From Candidatus Bathyarchaeota archaeon (GTDB lineage Archaea > Thermoproteota > Bathyarchaeia > Bathyarchaeales > Bathycorpusculaceae), in the NCBI GenBank assembly GCA_963777155.1, contig CAVZPM010000008.1, forward strand, positions 1 to 59,774: a stretch of DNA of 59,774 nt, read 5' to 3'. Both the position numbers and the translations under genes were made by a program. Below are positions 41,636 through 51,956 of this stretch, piece by piece. The notes under the pieces are model-generated. The model saw nothing but the letters and a program-made list of their open reading frames with translations. It was not told the DNA's origin and did no database searches. Each line of letters begins with the position of its first letter. The first letter of the stretch is position 1.

Positions 41636-42564
41636 TCTTCTCGCAGTCCTCTTCCTGTAAGTTTAAGGAAAACGTCTTCAACGTTGGCTTTGCGGATAGT
41701 TACGTTCTGAATGGGATGTTCTTTTAGGAAGCCTTCGAATACACCGTGAGGTTTGTCGGTGAAGATTTGCATGCGGTCACTGAGTTTTTCTATACGTGCA
41801 TCTGGAAAGGCTTCTTGGAAGACTGGCAAGAGTTTTTCATCGTAGTCAAGTTCAAGCACGTCTTCACCGATATGTTTCTTGACAAGTTCAGCGGGTTTTC
41901 CGTCTTCGATTATTTTTCCTTTATCTACAATTAGGATTCGATCGCAGAGAACTTCTGCTTCATCCATATAATGAGTCGTCAGAATTATCGTAACTTGTTT
42001 CTTCTTTAGGTGCCTTACTTCATCCCAAACAAGGTGTCTTGCCTGAGGATCCAATCCTGTGGTGGGTTCATCAAGAAGTAGAATTTGGGGTTGATTTAGA
42101 AGTGCTCTGGCAAAAATCAGCCGACGTTTCATGCCAGTCGACAACGCCATAATCGGGACTTCTCTTTTTTCTTCGAGTTGAAAGAATTTTAACTGTTCAG
42201 CGGCTCGTTTCATTGCTTCGTCTTTTGGAATGTCAAAGTAGCGTGCGTAGACGGTGAGGTTTTTTATGGTCGTGAAGTCTGGGTCCAAGTTGTCTTCTTG
42301 CGGTGCAACACCAACTATGCTCTTAATTTCCCTGCACTGTGTGTGCACGCTTAAGCCAGCAACGTTTAATTCTCCCTCTGTTGGAGGCAAAAAACAATAC
42401 ATCATGCGCACCGTTGTGGTTTTTCCCGCACCGTTTGGTCCCAAGAAACCCACGCATTCACCCTTGTAGACCTTGAAGTCGATATGGTCAACGGCGGTGA
42501 AATCGTCGAACCTTTTGGTTAAACCTTTGGCTTCGATGATAACTTCAGAAGAACCCATACACAA
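41632..42564 (-). CDS. ABC ATP-binding protein (NodI-like)
   Basis: GPNGAGKT, PQEDNLDPD, DEPTTGLDPQARH. Confidence 0.93.
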   Translation of the reverse strand: MCMGSSEVIIEAKGLTKRFDDFTAVDHIDFKVYKGECVGFLGPNGAGKTTTVRMMYCFLPPTEGELNVAGLSVHTQCREIKSIVGVAPQEDNLDPDFTTIKNLTVYARYFDIPKDEAMKRAAEQLKFFQLEEKREVPIMALSTGMKRRLIFARALLNQPQILLLDEPTTGLDPQARHLVWDEVRHLKKKQVTIILTTHYMDEAEVLCDRILIVDKGKIIEDGKPAELVKKHIGEDVLELDYDEKLLPVFQEAFPDARIEKLSDRMQIFTDKPHGVFEGFLKEHPIQNVTIRKANVEDVFLKLTGRGLREE

Positions 42565-42605
42565 TCACAGATAAATTTGCAACGGCAAACTTAAAACTAA
42601 CGATT

Positions 42606-42842
42606 TCAGGTTTTTCCTGAAATGTACTGACAGTAGCCGTAGCTTATGGGTCCTTGCTTGGTGGTTTCACATGGGAACTCGCTACATTCAAAGCAGAGTT
42701 TCACACCTTTAGTGTAAGCGCAGTTGCAGATTTTGCAGAACTTGTTCTCTCTTGCCACGCAACCAACGTTTCCATTTGGGCATGTGTTGCTTTGCATTTT
42801 GGGGCATTTCTCGCACGCGATTCCACAAACACCGATTCTCAT
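42606..42842 (-). CDS. Small Cys-rich protein (DUF3795-like)
   Basis: CGIACEKC...CKICNC...CFECSEFPC. Confidence 0.75.
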   Translation of the reverse strand: MRIGVCGIACEKCPKMQSNTCPNGNVGCVARENKFCKICNCAYTKGVKLCFECSEFPCETTKQGPISYGYCQYISGKT

Positions 42843-42898
42843 TTGACCATCTCTACCTATGAAAAAACTGTAGTTTCTATTATATAAAGACAGAATTG

Positions 42899-44293
42899 TT
42901 ATCCTGCTGTGCCATAGCCACTTGCTGTCACAATCGCATCAGTCTGGCTAGAGCTTGATTTGGCATCTACCAAAATAGCCCAAACTATGTTCTGTGATGG
43001 AAACAGTCGCATCATGTCATCGTCGGATAACCAGACAGAACCACTATTGCTAAAAGTCCGGATTACCGGGTCGGAGATTATGTTATCGACGAATTCTATA
43101 CGTACCCTAACGAATACAGTTTCGTTGTTGCTAAATGTGCCGTGTACATCAATTCTTGGCTTAAAAGAGAAAATTGTGAGCGGTCGAACTTGAATCGTTT
43201 CGTTTGTGCCATATCGGTTATTGGTACCGACGGGAACGTTAATGTTTTCTCTTTTAAACAAGGCGCCATCAGCAGATAGCCATATTCCTTGGGAATCGTG
43301 GACTTTTGCAGTCCAGTTGCCCAAGAAGCTAACTCCGCTATCCAATGTAGGCGCTGGGTTACAGTTATCGCCAATATCGATGCCGAACAGGTAAATTGGG
43401 TCAGAGGTAAACGACTCAAATACAACCCCAAATAGTAACGTTTGGTACATCGAGCCATCTACATAGAGTCCAGTTTGGTTTGCTCGACCATTTTCTCCAA
43501 TCCAAAACCTTACATCCTGAATTTGGCTATCGGACAGCTCTGCTAATTTCTCAACTTTAATGCCAACAGAGAAGTCTCTAAGATTGAAAGAGCAACGTTC
43601 GATTATTGTGCTGGCATATGAACCTGTCGCATTGATTACTGGAGTTTGTGAGTCTGCGTTTTGCACGAAATTGAAAACTGGTGTTCGGAAAGCTATGCCT
43701 TCTGTTGCGTTGATGAATTGGCACCCCTCGACTTTGTTATATTCACTCCAAGTGTTTGTGTTAGCAAACTCGATGCCTGTGGAAGTGTTTTCAAAAACTA
43801 TGTTTTGGATGGTGGTGCCAAAGGAGTTTTCAACCCTTATTGTGGCGTTGATTAGTGTTAAGCCTGAGATGAAGGCGTTTTGTGAGGTTGTATAATTGTC
43901 GCCACAAACGATAATTTTTTTACCGTTACCAACTATGGTGGCATCGTCGTTGCTGACGATTTTAGCGTTAACCTTATTTGAAATAATAACATCGTCAATT
44001 AAAACGTAGTTTCCAGCGTTGAGGTAAACAGATTTGCCCGCTGTTAAAGCCGAATTTATTGCTCTTGATGCACTTTCGGTTTGCTCTGTAACGTAGCCAG
44101 TTAACATGTTCTTTAATTTGTAGTTGTCGCCGTCTTTAGAGAGCACATAATCATAGTTGACAGCATTTGTTCTCATAGATGATTGGGTTCCTACAAAAAT
44201 CATGTAAGTGTTGAATGCCGACAAGACCAGCAGTGCTGAAAGAAGAATGACGATGGCACGTTTGGAGAGAATCTTTTTTAGGGCATCATTCAT
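42899..44293 (-). CDS. Membrane-anchored protein with probable right-handed beta-helix
   Basis: N-terminal TM; AINSAL...VYLNAGNY and repeated (I/V)xNxxF/GI motifs. Confidence 0.7.
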   Translation of the reverse strand: MNDALKKILSKRAIVILLSALLVLSAFNTYMIFVGTQSSMRTNAVNYDYVLSKDGDNYKLKNMLTGYVTEQTESASRAINSALTAGKSVYLNAGNYVLIDDVIISNKVNAKIVSNDDATIVGNGKKIIVCGDNYTTSQNAFISGLTLINATIRVENSFGTTIQNIVFENTSTGIEFANTNTWSEYNKVEGCQFINATEGIAFRTPVFNFVQNADSQTPVINATGSYASTIIERCSFNLRDFSVGIKVEKLAELSDSQIQDVRFWIGENGRANQTGLYVDGSMYQTLLFGVVFESFTSDPIYLFGIDIGDNCNPAPTLDSGVSFLGNWTAKVHDSQGIWLSADGALFKRENINVPVGTNNRYGTNETIQVRPLTIFSFKPRIDVHGTFSNNETVFVRVRIEFVDNIISDPVIRTFSNSGSVWLSDDDMMRLFPSQNIVWAILVDAKSSSSQTDAIVTASGYGTAG

Positions 44294-44496
44294 TTTAGGG
44301 AGCTCGCGGTTTTGAAGTACATGTAAGAAGTATTGTTAATTAAATTTATTGATAATCTCCTCCGAAAAAATAGAACGTTTTTTAGGGCTTTTCTATCTTG
44401 GAAAGTAAACGGTCATGAAAGAACCGATAAATTTCCATTTAAATACCTCTTGAATATATTATTGTTACAGGAAAGCGCTGTTTCTGAGACTTAGTT

Positions 44497-46512
44497 ATGA
44501 AGAAAACTACTTTTACATTCTTAGTAATCCTTCTTTTAAGTTCGATATTCACAGCCACAAACATTCAAGGAGGTCTCTCACAGACTCCCACCCAGTTAGA
44601 CCCCAACGCAATCCCAAAATGGATCAACCAGCTTATCCAGGCTCCCCCAATCTTCGCATCAAAAAACATAACTGACAGCTCTGGCAAACTAATTCGCCAA
44701 GAATATGTTGTTAACATAAAAGAATTCCAGCAGCAACTCTTGCCGACTATGGATTCTAACGGTAATCCAACTGGTTTCGGGGCAAGCACAGTTTGGGGGT
44801 TTGAAGGGGAAGCTAAAGATGCAGTGACTGGAGAAAGCTTGGGTTTAGTTCATAGCACTCCGGGAAGCACCTTTGAAGCTATCCGAGGCGTTCCAGTTCA
44901 AGTTAAATGGGTAAATGATCTTGTGGATACTTTTGGAAATCCCCTGCCGAACCTGTTTGCTGTAGACCCAACGTTTAATTGGGCTAATCCCAACGGCATC
45001 CAGACGCCTAGCCCTAGTTCAGTGCCGCCAGATGTTTACTCGCAGGCTCAAAGCCCAGTTCCAATCTCAATACATCTCCACGGAGGAGAAACCCCATCGA
45101 CTTCAGATGGAAACCCAGACGCATGGTGGACCCCAAACGGCCTACATGGACCTGCTTACAACACCGAGGTGCCAACAGACAATAATTCGGCAGTTTTCGT
45201 CTACCCTGATGAACAACAAGCTACAACACTTTGGTACCATGACCACTCTATGGGGATAACTCGTCTAACCGTAATGTCAGGACTTGCCGGTTTCTACCTT
45301 CTACGCAGCCCTGATGACCAAGTCGCGCAGTTACTTCCTAAAGGCGAGTACGAAATTCCACTTGCAATTCAGGACAGAAACTTTCTCTCAGACGGCTCCC
45401 TTTTCTACTCCAACAAAGGCACCGACGCTGCCGTGCATCCATACTGGAACCCAACTTTTTTGGGCAACACTGTAATGGTCAACGGTTTGGTTTGGCCAAA
45501 CATGGATGTTAAACAGGGCCAATACCGCTTCAGAATACTGGATGGATCAAACAGTCGTTTTTACACGTTACATTTCTCGAACGGTATGGCTTTTACCCAG
45601 ATAGGCAGCGATGGCGGATACCTAAAAGCGCCAGAATCACTAACTTCTCTTGTTATCTCCCCTGGCGAGCGAGTGGACTTGCTAGTAGATTTTTCCAATA
45701 TACCTGCTGGCGAGAAAATAGTTCTACAAAATTCTGACCTCGCCTTAACAGCCAACGAAAAACAAAACGTGGGACAAATAATGCAATTCACAGTCGGTAA
45801 CACGAAGGGCGCTTCACCGCAGAGTCTGCCCTCAGAGTTGAATCCGACGCTGAAAGGGGGATTCCCAAATTTACCTTCTCCTTCAAAGACTCGAACTCTG
45901 ACATTGATTGAGCAGGGGATCGCCCCCAACACAGTAGCTATGTTGCTGGATGGTTTACCCTACGAAGCACCAGCTACCGAGAAACCCGAAGTTGGAACTA
46001 CCGAGGACTGGGTAATTGTTAACCCAACTATGAATTCACACCCGATCCACCTTCACCTGGTTCAGTTCCAGCTTGTCGAACGCCAGACTATAGCTTCAAC
46101 CCAGTACATGTACGATTGGGAAACCCTGAACGGTAACCTCCCACTTAACCATACTGCGAAAAATCTTGATTTGAATCGGTATCTAGAAGGACAACCCACC
46201 AAGCCTGCGCAAAATGAGCAATGTTGGAAAGATACTATTCAAGCTGACGCCGGCATGGTTACGGTAATAAGAGTGCGCTTTGCGCCGCAGGATGGCTCCA
46301 ACTACGCGTTTGACCCAACAAACGGTCCAGGATACGTTTGGCACTGCCACATCCTTGAACACGAAGACAACTCTATGATGCGCCCCCTCATCATAGTGAA
46401 TTCTAGCATCCAAATAACACCTTTATTATCAATCCTTGTAGCGATAATAATCGTTGCTGTAGTTGGACTATTTGCTTTCAGACGGTTCCGGAGGAAATCT
46501 GGCAGAAAATAA
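44497..46512 (+). CDS. Three-domain multicopper oxidase (CotA/bilirubin-oxidase-like), secreted, C-terminal TM anchor
   Basis: HLHG, WYHDH, HPIHLH, HCHILEHEDNSM copper motifs. Confidence 0.93.
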   Translation: MKKTTFTFLVILLLSSIFTATNIQGGLSQTPTQLDPNAIPKWINQLIQAPPIFASKNITDSSGKLIRQEYVVNIKEFQQQLLPTMDSNGNPTGFGASTVWGFEGEAKDAVTGESLGLVHSTPGSTFEAIRGVPVQVKWVNDLVDTFGNPLPNLFAVDPTFNWANPNGIQTPSPSSVPPDVYSQAQSPVPISIHLHGGETPSTSDGNPDAWWTPNGLHGPAYNTEVPTDNNSAVFVYPDEQQATTLWYHDHSMGITRLTVMSGLAGFYLLRSPDDQVAQLLPKGEYEIPLAIQDRNFLSDGSLFYSNKGTDAAVHPYWNPTFLGNTVMVNGLVWPNMDVKQGQYRFRILDGSNSRFYTLHFSNGMAFTQIGSDGGYLKAPESLTSLVISPGERVDLLVDFSNIPAGEKIVLQNSDLALTANEKQNVGQIMQFTVGNTKGASPQSLPSELNPTLKGGFPNLPSPSKTRTLTLIEQGIAPNTVAMLLDGLPYEAPATEKPEVGTTEDWVIVNPTMNSHPIHLHLVQFQLVERQTIASTQYMYDWETLNGNLPLNHTAKNLDLNRYLEGQPTKPAQNEQCWKDTIQADAGMVTVIRVRFAPQDGSNYAFDPTNGPGYVWHCHILEHEDNSMMRPLIIVNSSIQITPLLSILVAIIIVAVVGLFAFRRFRRKSGRK

Positions 46513-46557
46513 TTTTGAGAAAATCGCTAACTGCATATTTGAAATAGCAGAAATTAA

Positions 46558-46854
46558 TCAAAGTTTTACGATTTGGGCGTGTGGAATGCCTTCGATTTTG
46601 ATTACAGCTTCTGGGTGAACGTATCCTTGTGCTATGGCTTTTTCAACACAGCATTTCCCTACTAGATTAACGATCGTGGAGTTATTAATCAAACCTACAG
46701 CTTCATCAATCGTTGCTTTCCGACCATTGTAGAACTCGTCTTTTATCTTAAAAACAATTTTGCCTTCTCGAAGCGTCCGTCCAAGCAAGTCGCAATCGCA
46801 GACTGCTAAGAGAACGTTATGTCCCATCTTTTTTATATTTAGGTAAACTTCCAA
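46558..46854 (-). CDS. DUF424 family protein
   Basis: LLAVCDCDLLG, EFYNG, NLVG, IPHAQ. Confidence 0.85.
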   Translation of the reverse strand: MEVYLNIKKMGHNVLLAVCDCDLLGRTLREGKIVFKIKDEFYNGRKATIDEAVGLINNSTIVNLVGKCCVEKAIAQGYVHPEAVIKIEGIPHAQIVKL

Positions 46855-46865
46855 TTTCTGCTCTC

Positions 46866-47276
46866 TCAGAGTTGTTTGATTGAAGATTTGGCGCCACATG
46901 CGTTGCATACAAGGAAAGATAAGCGTTTTTCTTTGACTATCCTTGTATCTGGACGTTTACAGACTGGACAACTAACATAACCCTCTAAGTACCTCTGAAG
47001 CAGTCGCTCGAAGCTGTCACGCTGAAATTTTCCCTGGAATATGGCTCGTGTATCAGCGAAGGTGGCGGCTGTTGCCATTTCCCGGGTTAGAAACTTTAAG
47101 ACATGCTGTGGGTCACGGTCTAATGAGTCGGCTACTTCTTTGAAATTTGAAATTATAGTGCGCATACCTACAGTATTGACGAACAGTCTGGGTAGTTCTA
47201 GGCGTTCAACTTTTTCGGACACTTGAGGCATTTGAGCGCAGGCTCGTTTTAGTAGTTCATCGTAGTTGAAGGTCAT
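46866..47276 (-). CDS. eif2b: Translation initiation factor 2 subunit beta
   Basis: YDELLKRA, TIISNF, CPVCKRPDT...CNACGA. Confidence 0.93.
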   Translation of the reverse strand: MTFNYDELLKRACAQMPQVSEKVERLELPRLFVNTVGMRTIISNFKEVADSLDRDPQHVLKFLTREMATAATFADTRAIFQGKFQRDSFERLLQRYLEGYVSCPVCKRPDTRIVKEKRLSFLVCNACGAKSSIKQL

Positions 47277-47437
47277 GTTTCCATCTCACCCAATGATGGT
47301 GGCAGCACATATTTAAAATTATAACATAGGAAAACAACATTACTATGAGCTTTGTTTATCTATAAACTAAACTAATATAAATTCGGAAAGCAAAGCTAAG
47401 GTAACAACTCTCAACTTAACATTACAGAGGCTAATGC

Positions 47438-48385
47438 GTGACAGAGAATCAAAAAAGCCAAGAAGGAAACATCAACCTCCAAATAGAAAAAATCAAGAAA
47501 CAAATTGTGGAAGCAAATAACCAAATTAAGAAATTTGTTGAGAAAAGAGACCAATTGCATGAGCAGGCAAGAAAGTCCCGTGAGGAAATTAATCAGATAA
47601 AAGCTGAAAGAGACGTTTTAAACGAAAAGGTAAAGTCACTTAAAGAACAGAGAAACCTCATCAGGTCCCAAGCAACACCAATTATGGAAGAAGTAAAGGG
47701 TATAGACGAAAAAATCGCTGAGCTCAGAAAGAACGTTCCAAGGGTCAGCCAACGTGAACTTCAAGAAGAGCTTGATGCAATTGAATGGAAAATATCAACC
47801 ACCTCTATGGATCTACAAGAAGAAAAGAGACTCGTTGGAGAAGTAAAAGAGCTTGAGCTTCAACTCAAGGGTTACAAGAAAATCGACAAAAGGAATCAAA
47901 AAATCAAAGAATTAATTACTCAACGCAAGACCATTGATGCCAAAGCTGACATTTTCCATCAAGAATTGACAGAAGCAGCCAAGAAAAGCCAAGAATTACA
48001 TGCTCGAATGATTGAGAAAGTTAATGCTGTTAAAAAGGACCGCGTTGAAGCTGACAGTCTACATCAGGCATTTGTTAAAGCCAAAGAGCAAAATGCTCTC
48101 TGGTATGAACAGATTAAGGCATTGATGGATGAAAGCAGGGGTATCAAGGTTGTAAACCGGCAATTTGACTTAGCTAAACGAAAGGAAGAAGATGCTAAGA
48201 GACAAGCGGAACAGGCTAAATGGAGAGAGGAACAAGCCCAAAAAACAGTTAAAGAAAAAGAAATTAAAGAGAAAATCGGTGCCGAAGCTAAAGAGAAACT
48301 GAACCGGGGAGAAAAAGTGAACTGGGAAGAATTCCAACTGATGCTTGGCAACGGGGAAGATGACGATTCAGAAACACAAGCTTAA
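47438..48385 (+). CDS. Archaeal coiled-coil protein (COG1340-like)
   Basis: IEWKISTTSMDLQEEKRLV; KLNRGEKVNWEE; E/K-rich heptads. Confidence 0.75.
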   Translation: MTENQKSQEGNINLQIEKIKKQIVEANNQIKKFVEKRDQLHEQARKSREEINQIKAERDVLNEKVKSLKEQRNLIRSQATPIMEEVKGIDEKIAELRKNVPRVSQRELQEELDAIEWKISTTSMDLQEEKRLVGEVKELELQLKGYKKIDKRNQKIKELITQRKTIDAKADIFHQELTEAAKKSQELHARMIEKVNAVKKDRVEADSLHQAFVKAKEQNALWYEQIKALMDESRGIKVVNRQFDLAKRKEEDAKRQAEQAKWREEQAQKTVKEKEIKEKIGAEAKEKLNRGEKVNWEEFQLMLGNGEDDDSETQA

Positions 48386-48421
48386 AGCTTAGTGTCTGTA
48401 ATAGTGAGATAGAGATTTGCG

Positions 48422-49648
48422 ATGGCTAAGAAGGAAACGCATCCCCAGACGCAAAAGCGTATCCTAATTTTATGTGTCGACAGAGATGGCGATCTGGAAG
48501 TAAAATCAGGCATAAAAACGCCTCTTCTTGGAAGAACCGCCAATCTTGATGGTGCCGTAGCCTTAGCCCTCAAAGATCCTGAAGAACCCGACGCAAACGC
48601 AATGTTTGAAGCTGTTCGCCTCTACGACCGATTACATGACGAGAAGCAACCTGAAGAAGTCTTTGAAGTGGCGACCATTTCAGGTTCGGAACTTGGAGGA
48701 GTTAGCGCTGACCGCAAACTCGTCTCAGAACTAAATAATCTACTTGAATCCTTTAGCGCAAACGAGGTTATTCTGGTTTCAGATGGGTATTCAGATGAAG
48801 CTGTTTTGCCGCTAGTGGAGTCAAGAGTACCCGTCTCCTCAGTTAGACGCATTGTAATAAAGCATAGTGAATCGATAGAGGAAACTGCGGCGGTCTTCAC
48901 GAAGTACATTCGTCTGCTGGTAGAGAACCCCCGGTACTCACGAATTGCTTTGGGTTTGCCTGGGCTGCTGGTTTTCATATTCGGCGTTCTTTGGGGAATA
49001 AACTATTTTATTCCTGGCGCTATTTTCTGGTACGGTATAGCTATAGTAATCGTTGTAGGCGGATTCTTGCTGCTTAAGGGATTTGGCGTTGATAAGGCAA
49101 CTAAAGACTTCTACGCTTGGGCAAGAGACTACTCGCCGCCTTCGTTGCCCATGCAGATTTCAAACTATACAGTCATAGCCGGAATACTCTGTATCGCCGT
49201 AAGCGTTTACCTCGGCATAGCAAACGTCAACATCAATGTAGCGCCAGCGGCTGATATAGGCGGCTGGCTATCCATGACGCCTAGATTAGCGTATTACTTC
49301 ATAACAGGAATCATAGACCTTCTGGTAGCAGGCTTAATCATTGTTCTAGTAGGTAGAAGTGTCCGATTGTACGTTGAGAGGGATGCAAGATTGCTAAGGA
49401 ACGTGGCTTTAATTGTGTCCGTCGCTTGGACTCGGTGGGTCCTAATTGGGACTGCAAACGTCATAATCCATTATTATAATGATACCACAGCAGTTGTGGG
49501 GTTAAATGACTCGATTTTCTCAGGATTCCTGTTCACAATAATCGTTGGGATTCTAATCGGCGTAGCCTCAGTTCTACTCATATACATTGTCAACAAGTCC
49601 GCCAAAGACTTCTTTAAGAAAAGAGGAGAAAAAACCGAAGATCTTTAA
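48422..49648 (+). CDS. DUF373 family protein
   Basis: LCVDRDGD, DPEEPDAN, VSDGYSDE, multi-TM C-terminus. Confidence 0.88.
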   Translation: MAKKETHPQTQKRILILCVDRDGDLEVKSGIKTPLLGRTANLDGAVALALKDPEEPDANAMFEAVRLYDRLHDEKQPEEVFEVATISGSELGGVSADRKLVSELNNLLESFSANEVILVSDGYSDEAVLPLVESRVPVSSVRRIVIKHSESIEETAAVFTKYIRLLVENPRYSRIALGLPGLLVFIFGVLWGINYFIPGAIFWYGIAIVIVVGGFLLLKGFGVDKATKDFYAWARDYSPPSLPMQISNYTVIAGILCIAVSVYLGIANVNINVAPAADIGGWLSMTPRLAYYFITGIIDLLVAGLIIVLVGRSVRLYVERDARLLRNVALIVSVAWTRWVLIGTANVIIHYYNDTTAVVGLNDSIFSGFLFTIIVGILIGVASVLLIYIVNKSAKDFFKKRGEKTEDL

Positions 49649-49767
49649 ATTTTTATCAATTTGTTTTTGTTTAACTAGGGGAAACTTTAATTGAACCCTT
49701 TATGGCTTTAGCTATGTGCATCATCATAATTTGAGCCCAAATCCTTCAGATGTAAGAGGTTCAGTAA

Positions 49768-50565
49768 GTGCTTAAGAGATTTCTTTCTGTCATCGGCGCC
49801 TACAAGGCTTACGAGAAATGGCTATGGCAACAAGTTAAGAATGGCATAAAACCTGAACACATAGCTATAATTTTAGATGGTAATAGGCGATGGGCAAATG
49901 GAAAGGAACCTAATCCTCTACTAATGAAAGATAGGTGGGGACACGGAGATGGTGCCGACACAGTTGAGCAACTATTGGATTGGTGCCACATCATAGGTGT
50001 AAAATATGTCACACTCTACACTTTCTCAACCGAGAATTTCGCTAGGCAATCAGACGAAGTTACCCAGATTATGAGGATTGCTGAGGAAAGATTCCGTAAG
50101 CTCCTAAAAGACGAGCGTATTCATCGGGATAAAATTCATATTAAAGTCATTGGCAGAACTAACATGTTGCCTACTGAGCTTCAGGAGACGATTGCGGAGC
50201 TTGAGAAGGCAACAGCCGATTATGATTGTTTCTTCTGGAATTTTGCTTTCGCTTACGGTGGCAGAGCAGAGATTGTAGATGCAGCTAAAACCATCGCCAA
50301 GAAAGTGCAGGACAACGAATTGAAGATTGATGACATCAACGAGAGCACTTTTGAGAAGTACCTGTACACCTCACATATGACGAAACAGGACCCTGATATG
50401 ATAATTCGCACTTCAGGCGAAGAACGGCTAAGCGGATTTTTGCTCTGGCAAGCCGCTTACAGTGAGCTTTTGTTCTTGGATGTTTATTGGCCTGACTTCC
50501 GACTAATCGACCTTTTAAGAGCCATTCGAGTTTTCCAGCACCGCAAGCGCCGCTTTGGAACCTAA
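49768..50565 (+). CDS. uppS: cis-prenyltransferase (polyprenyl diphosphate synthase)
   Basis: HIAIILDGNRRWA, FSTENF, RTSGEERLSGFLLWQ, RRFG. Confidence 0.96.
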   Translation: MLKRFLSVIGAYKAYEKWLWQQVKNGIKPEHIAIILDGNRRWANGKEPNPLLMKDRWGHGDGADTVEQLLDWCHIIGVKYVTLYTFSTENFARQSDEVTQIMRIAEERFRKLLKDERIHRDKIHIKVIGRTNMLPTELQETIAELEKATADYDCFFWNFAFAYGGRAEIVDAAKTIAKKVQDNELKIDDINESTFEKYLYTSHMTKQDPDMIIRTSGEERLSGFLLWQAAYSELLFLDVYWPDFRLIDLLRAIRVFQHRKRRFGT

Positions 50566-50568
50566 AGG

Positions 50569-51798
50569 TTAATTGCGTTTCTTAGCGCTAACAATCGATA
50601 TTACGTCTCGGTCTTTTAGGATAGCATCTTCGCCGATTCGCCTTTTGTCTCGAGCGTCTACGGCATAGAGAAAGCTTTCGCCAAGTTCACTGTGGATTAT
50701 ATATGCGAATAGGTGGGCAGTAGTGCCTTTGGGGACTAAGTACGCATCGGGAAGAACCCGTCCGTTGTGGTCGGATAAATGCTCTAAGTCTTCGACTGGG
50801 TAGATGGTTATCATATCTAAGAGTTTGAAGTATGCAGTGTTTAGGGCTTCTTGAACGCCCGAGGATCCGTTTGTTTTGAGTATTTTTTCTTTTACTTGTT
50901 CAAGCGCCTTAATCTGACCTGCCGACAGCTTTTCCGGATGCGTTATTTTGAAGTCTTTGTCGCCTGGTTTGTAATCAATCAGCTGTTTCTCCGCTGCTCG
51001 TCTTAGTACCAACTCAGCTTCTGCAGAACATGGGATAACGATGTAGTCGAGTTTTTTCATTCTTTCAACATTTGCTTGGGCGGTTGGCAAATCTATCTTA
51101 TTGGCTACAATAAGCAGCGGCTTAGATATTCTCCGTAAGTTGTCTATGAAACGGTAGAAATCATCATCTGTCCAGGAGGCTGGGGCCTCAATGTTCAAGT
51201 TTGCGCGCCGAGCGGCTTCGCTGATGAATTGGCGTTTTATGCTCAACCCTGATAAGCGGTCTTCAAGATGGTGAGCGATGCCTTTTTTGTCGGCTTCAGC
51301 GGTTCTAGCGATTTTTGACCAATCTTTCTTTATGATAGTTACCATCCACATGGTTATTTCGCGTTCAAGGAACTTTATGTCTTCTAAGGGGTCGTGTTCG
51401 CCGGGTTTGCAGCTTTTTCCTTCGCAGTCGGTTCCGCCCGAAGCGTCAACAACGTGGATGAGGGCGTCTGCTCGGCGGATTTCGTCGAGGAACTGGTTAC
51501 CTAAACCGCGTCCTTCCCAGGCGCCTGGAACGATGCCTGCTATGTCGACTAATTCCACTGGGACCAGGCGCGCACCGTCTAGGCAGAGGCTGTTTCGGGG
51601 ATTGTCCTGCACCTTAAAGTCTTCGTGGACGCATTTGGTTCGGACGTAGCCGACTCCTCGGTTTGGCTTAATGGTGGTGAAGGGGTAATTGGCGATTTCC
51701 ACAGCCGCCAGAGTTGCAGCGCTAAAGAAAGTGGATTTTCCCGTGTTTGGTTTTCCAATTACGCCAAGTAAACGTGAATACGATTTTTGCATAGACAA
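50569..51798 (-). CDS. ychF: YchF/Obg-family NTPase with TGS domain
   Basis: [23 protein letters not shown]. Confidence 0.92.
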   Translation of the reverse strand: MSMQKSYSRLLGVIGKPNTGKSTFFSAATLAAVEIANYPFTTIKPNRGVGYVRTKCVHEDFKVQDNPRNSLCLDGARLVPVELVDIAGIVPGAWEGRGLGNQFLDEIRRADALIHVVDASGGTDCEGKSCKPGEHDPLEDIKFLEREITMWMVTIIKKDWSKIARTAEADKKGIAHHLEDRLSGLSIKRQFISEAARRANLNIEAPASWTDDDFYRFIDNLRRISKPLLIVANKIDLPTAQANVERMKKLDYIVIPCSAEAELVLRRAAEKQLIDYKPGDKDFKITHPEKLSAGQIKALEQVKEKILKTNGSSGVQEALNTAYFKLLDMITIYPVEDLEHLSDHNGRVLPDAYLVPKGTTAHLFAYIIHSELGESFLYAVDARDKRRIGEDAILKDRDVISIVSAKKRN

Positions 51799-51956
51799 TT
51801 TATTTCACTACCTTAGTGTTGTTAAGTGTAGGGCTATATCGTTTGTGCTTTAAAAAGACAGACAGATGTGGTTGCAGTAAGGTGTATATATTGAAATAGA
51901 GATACTGATATCATAATAAACAGGATATCTCTACTTAGAGGTGTTAGCTGAGAGAA

